A DNA stretch of 63,963 nucleotides, filler included, from Octopus bimaculoides (taxonomy: Eukaryota): NCBI RefSeq assembly GCF_001194135.2. It is 6 parts of 6 records of this genome, joined end to end, with 100 filler letters (N's around TTAATTAATTAA, not from the genome) between each part and the next. Parts side by side here need not be neighbours in the genome. Positions count along the whole stretch, not along the records: positions 56,778 to 61,940 come from NC_068997.1; positions 62,041 to 63,963 come from NW_026360309.1; 4 more parts are not named here. One strand, 5' to 3'. The translations under genes and the position numbers were made by a program. Within the stretch, counting starts at the first letter, position 1. Each line of letters opens with the position of its first letter. This document shows positions 59,993 through 63,963 of this stretch, piece by piece. The notes below the pieces were generated by a model. That model worked only from the letters and a program-made list of their open reading frames with translations. It was not told where the DNA came from and did no database searches.

Positions 59993-60169
59993 ATGGTTGA
60001 TATCGAGGCTCTTAGAATTCCATCAACATACTAAAAGTAGAAGCCAAATAGCAGCCTTTAAATAACATTCTAATCATTATAAATATGGAAGGAACACAGA
60101 AGAGGATGAAGTCCTAGATATCTTTAAATATATGGGATGGGCCTCGAATCACATGACTCTCAGGAACAT

Positions 60170-60390
60170 TTACCTAGTTCCGATGACGTATACATGATCG
60201 ATATCACAATATTCCCTCTCAACGGGATGCCAGGCCGTCCTCGGGTTATTCATTCATATCCGAGAGGACAAGATCTACGTGAAATAAAAAGTTTTGCTCA
60301 TGAACACAACGCACCATCTGATACAGAGTTCAGACCCACAATCTTGCAATCGTAACTGCAGATGCCCGGACCACTGAGCCACGTACATCA
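60170..60390 (-). mobile_element. tRNA-derived SINE related to family G, degenerate
   Basis: AGTTTTGCTCATGAACACAACGCACC...ACCACTGAGCCACG parallels 12430-12530. Confidence 0.6.
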
Positions 60391-60643
60391 CAGGTTGTTA
60401 TTTATGCTATATTTATGCAAGTAATAATGAAATTTTAATGACAAATCATTGCTACAATAAAGATGGCACATCAACAGAGGGTTGAAAGAAAGAACGTTGT
60501 CGCCATTGAATGCTTTGTCAAATTCCGCATTCTCCAAAAGATTTACGTGCAATATTGTAAAATTTTGTCTCATGTTTTTGTTTATGATATTCTATTAAAA
60601 ATTTTCTATATTTACTATACTGAATTTAACATACATGTATTTA

Positions 60644-60684
<41 letters not shown>

Positions 60685-61553
60685 NNNNNNNNNNNNNNNN
60701 NNNNNNNNNNNNNNNNNNNNNNNNNNNNNNNNNNNNNNNNNNNNNNNNNNNNNNNNNNNNNNNNNNNNNNNNNNNNNNNNNNNNNNNNNNNNNNNNNNNN
60801 NNNNNNNNNNNNNNNNNNNNNNNNNNNNNNNNNNNNNNNNNNNNNNNNNNNNNNNNNNNNNNNNNNNNNNNNNNNNNNNNNNNNNNNNNNNNNNNNNNNN
60901 NNNNNNNNNNNNNNNNNNNNNNNNNNNNNNNNNNNNNNNNNNNNNNNNNNNNNNNNNNNNNNNNNNNNNNNNNNNNNNNNNNNNNNNNNNNNNNNNNNNN
61001 NNNNNNNNNNNNNNNNNNNNNNNNNNNNNGTGTGTGTGTAAATAAGACACACGCAGAGACAGACAGACAGGCAGGCAGACAGTGATAGAGACAAAGAGAG
61101 AGACCCTATTTGAGCATATTTTTTCATTACTGTTTAACACTTTCCTGTTCTGCCAATAATGCACTTTGATATATGGGACGGACAAAAAAAAAACGATTAC
61201 GACTGTGATGATGATAATGACGGTGGTGATGGTGATGAGGTTATTGGTGAGGATAATGAGGAGGAGAAGTACGAGGAGTAACAATACTAATATTTTGTAA
61301 GATTTTGTGTTTTGCAAGATTTGCGGAAAAGCATCACTGATAAAAAAAAAATCGTAGAAGCATGTACCTATGTATGTGTGTGTGTGCACATTTCTTTCAT
61401 TACATCTTACTCTTCTCTTTTTTTTGTTCTCTCTCTCCCTTACACACACTCTCTCTCTCTCTCTCTCTGTCCTTCTTTTTATCTATACGCACATGCACAC
61501 ACGTGCATTATATATATACATATATATGTGTTTGTGTGTGTATATTCACAGAT

Positions 61554-61555
<2 letters not shown>

Positions 61556-61633
<78 letters not shown>

Positions 61634-61634
61634 G

Positions 61635-61672
<38 letters not shown>
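61556..61672. repeat. (GAAA)n/(GATA)n microsatellite
   Basis: Directly visible in the sequence. Confidence 0.95.
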
Positions 61673-61885
61673 AACATAAACAAACGTAACCATAGATTCT
61701 TACGAACGCATTCATGCACATATACAATATGGAAGTCCCACATTTAATAAATATATTTTAAACGCCATTTTTATAACGACTACTCATTCTTATGTTTTTA
61801 TTCAAGTTGTCACTGAAGTCCTTACTTTCAAAAACTTTAAACACACATACGTACACGCACATACACAAACACACACACATCTCTT

Positions 61886-61940
<55 letters not shown>

Positions 61941-62040
61941 NNNNNNNNNNNNNNNNNNNNNNNNNNNNNNNNNNNNNNNNNNNNTTAATTAATTAANNNN
62001 NNNNNNNNNNNNNNNNNNNNNNNNNNNNNNNNNNNNNNNN

Positions 62041-62090
62041 ATGTGGTTGGTAAGCAAGCTACTTACCACACAGCCACTCCAGCACCTATA
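62041..62090 (-). mobile_element. SINE family B head, remainder in gap
   Basis: ATGTGGTTGGTAAGCAAGCTACTTACCACACAGCCACTCC. Confidence 0.75.
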
Positions 62091-62354
62091 ACAGCCACTG
62101 CTGCGGTAACTCTTCTGTATCATCATCAGGGATCTGAATCGCAAGCATTTCACTCCTTATTCTGTGCATTTTGCCTGGGGTGGGCAGTACAGACTGAATT
62201 AGTCATCGCCTGTAAAAGGATTTCATCTGCAGTATCTTATCAAACACAGCCTGCTCCAGCTGGTTTCAGTTGTCGTGCCTATCTTTATGGTAGATGTGCG
62301 AAGATGAGATCAATGCTACCCACAGGGTTTCTCCCCAATGAAGTGGAATATATA

Positions 62355-62568
62355 TTTCAAATTTTGGCACAAGGCTAGCAAGTTCGATAGAAGAGGTAAG
62401 TCGATTACATTGACCCCAGTAATGCACTGGTAATTATTTTATCTTTCCCCGAAAGCATGAAAGGCAAAGTCGATCTCAACGGAATTTAAACTCAGAACAT
62501 AAAGACGGATGAAATGTTGCTAAGCATTTTCTTCAACGTATTAACGATTCTGTCAGCTCGTCGCTTTC
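62355..62568 (-). mobile_element. SINE family A, tail type 2
   Basis: It is colinear with 14713-14924. Confidence 0.85.
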
Positions 62569-62920
62569 GGGAAGTGGAATGTTAAATGAATAAAAGTCTT
62601 TGGTTGAAAATCTCTCTGCGATTTCGGTCGTTTCCGATGCGCCGGATAATTCCGACTTGTATGGTTTAACAGCTCCTGTTAAAAATCCTCCACCTTGTTT
62701 TTAGATACGATACTTCTTCACTTCATCGTCTTCATGTGTATATTTGTTTGTATTTGCATGTATATGTGTTTGTGTATGATCGTGAATGTGTGCTGTGTGT
62801 GTGTGAGACGTATGTGTGAATAATAATGAATCGTAAAGTAAAACAGGATCGTAGAGTCATATCTAAATGTTTCATGAAATGTTATCATTTACTGAACACA
62901 CACACACACACACACGCACG

Positions 62921-62963
<43 letters not shown>

Positions 62964-63963
62964 NNNNNNNNNNNNNNNNNNNNNNNNNNNNNNNNNNNNN
63001 NNNNNNNNNNNNNNNNNNNNNNNNNNNNNNNNNNNNNNNNNNNNNNNNNNNNNNNNNNNNNNNNNNNNNNNNNNNNNNNNNNNNNNNNNNNNNNNNNNNN
63101 NNNNNNNNNNNNNNNNNNNNNNNNNNNNNNNNNNNNNNNNNNNNNNNNNNNNNNNNNNNNNNNNNNNNNNNNNNNNNNNNNNNNNNNNNNNNATATATAT
63201 ATATATACACGTAGACACTTATGTTTGTAATTATATAGAGATCAAAGAGATCACCGCAATTAATTTAATAGCACCTTCACATATATCAGGCTAAAATATT
63301 CTTAATCATTCAATTGATCAATATAGCAGTCCATGTAAAGTTAAGCAGCTGTGTGCAACGATTGCAGACAGCCTAATAATTGTTATGTATTGACAACATA
63401 TCGTGTAGTAAAGAAATGATAATGGGTAGCACAAAACTTTACTACACGCGCTGCAATACGATAATTATGTATTCAATAATGCACAATAATTATGCAATAT
63501 TACATAATTTCACATAATTCCATAACAGTGCGATTTCATCAGGCGCTATACAGCCTTCCATCGTCAAAATCAAATCAATCTATGAAGTTAAAAATATTTT
63601 TAGATATAATTATATTAAAGGCAAAATTGATAAGAAATACAGATTCCTCCAAAGGAGAGGAGATAGACTTGCAACTAATCCACTTACATTTGCTGAAGGT
63701 AACGAAATTCGTGAAAGCACGTTACGAAGGAGTGGTTAAATAACTATATCATTTTCCAGATGAGTGAGCTTTACAACCAAAATTTAGTGAGCGGCTGTTT
63801 CTGCACTGTACACAGGAAAGGGAACGATATTTTTCATCGGTTGGCAGGTATAGACTCTGATCAGCAAATAGCTTGTCAGCTGAAAATATAGACAAAACAG
63901 GTGGATAGTTTAGGCTACTTCTGGTTGACGTGACATATCGAAACACTGGTGTCTCAGAATCCC

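Noticed and set aside
63689-63879. Good minus-strand acceptor (TTTTCAG) and donor (GTAAGT) bracketing a possible exon, and a plus-strand alternative at 63761-63848
   Set aside because: All three minus-strand frames hit stops, the peptides are unrecognisable, and there are no partner exons. RNA-seq would be needed.

Overview
This is a eukaryotic, AT-rich and repeat-saturated genomic window from a gapped short-read assembly, with roughly 15% N by my count and most gaps bordered by microsatellites. The SINE families and assembly style suggest a coleoid cephalopod such as Octopus, which is an inference. I could not support any intact host protein-coding gene, rRNA, true tRNA or CRISPR array, and nearly all ORF-track entries are microsatellite or N read-throughs. 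The window is made of transposable-element remains: three hAT transposase relics, a hAT MITE nested in a SINE, an internally deleted mariner, a Helitron relic, RTE, CR1-like and L1/Tx1-like LINE fragments, a Gypsy gag relic and three related solo-LTR-like elements. It also holds a same-strand array of six R4/Dong-clade LINE fragments associated with (TAA)n tracts, a nearly intact Penelope-like element (RT plus C-terminal GIY-YIG) and dozens of tRNA-derived SINE copies from several modular families. The most interesting signal is a short non-coding repeat, present twice on the minus strand, whose combined sequence folds into a minimal type I hammerhead ribozyme with a palindromic ACGU stem III. 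Boundaries of degenerate elements are approximate.
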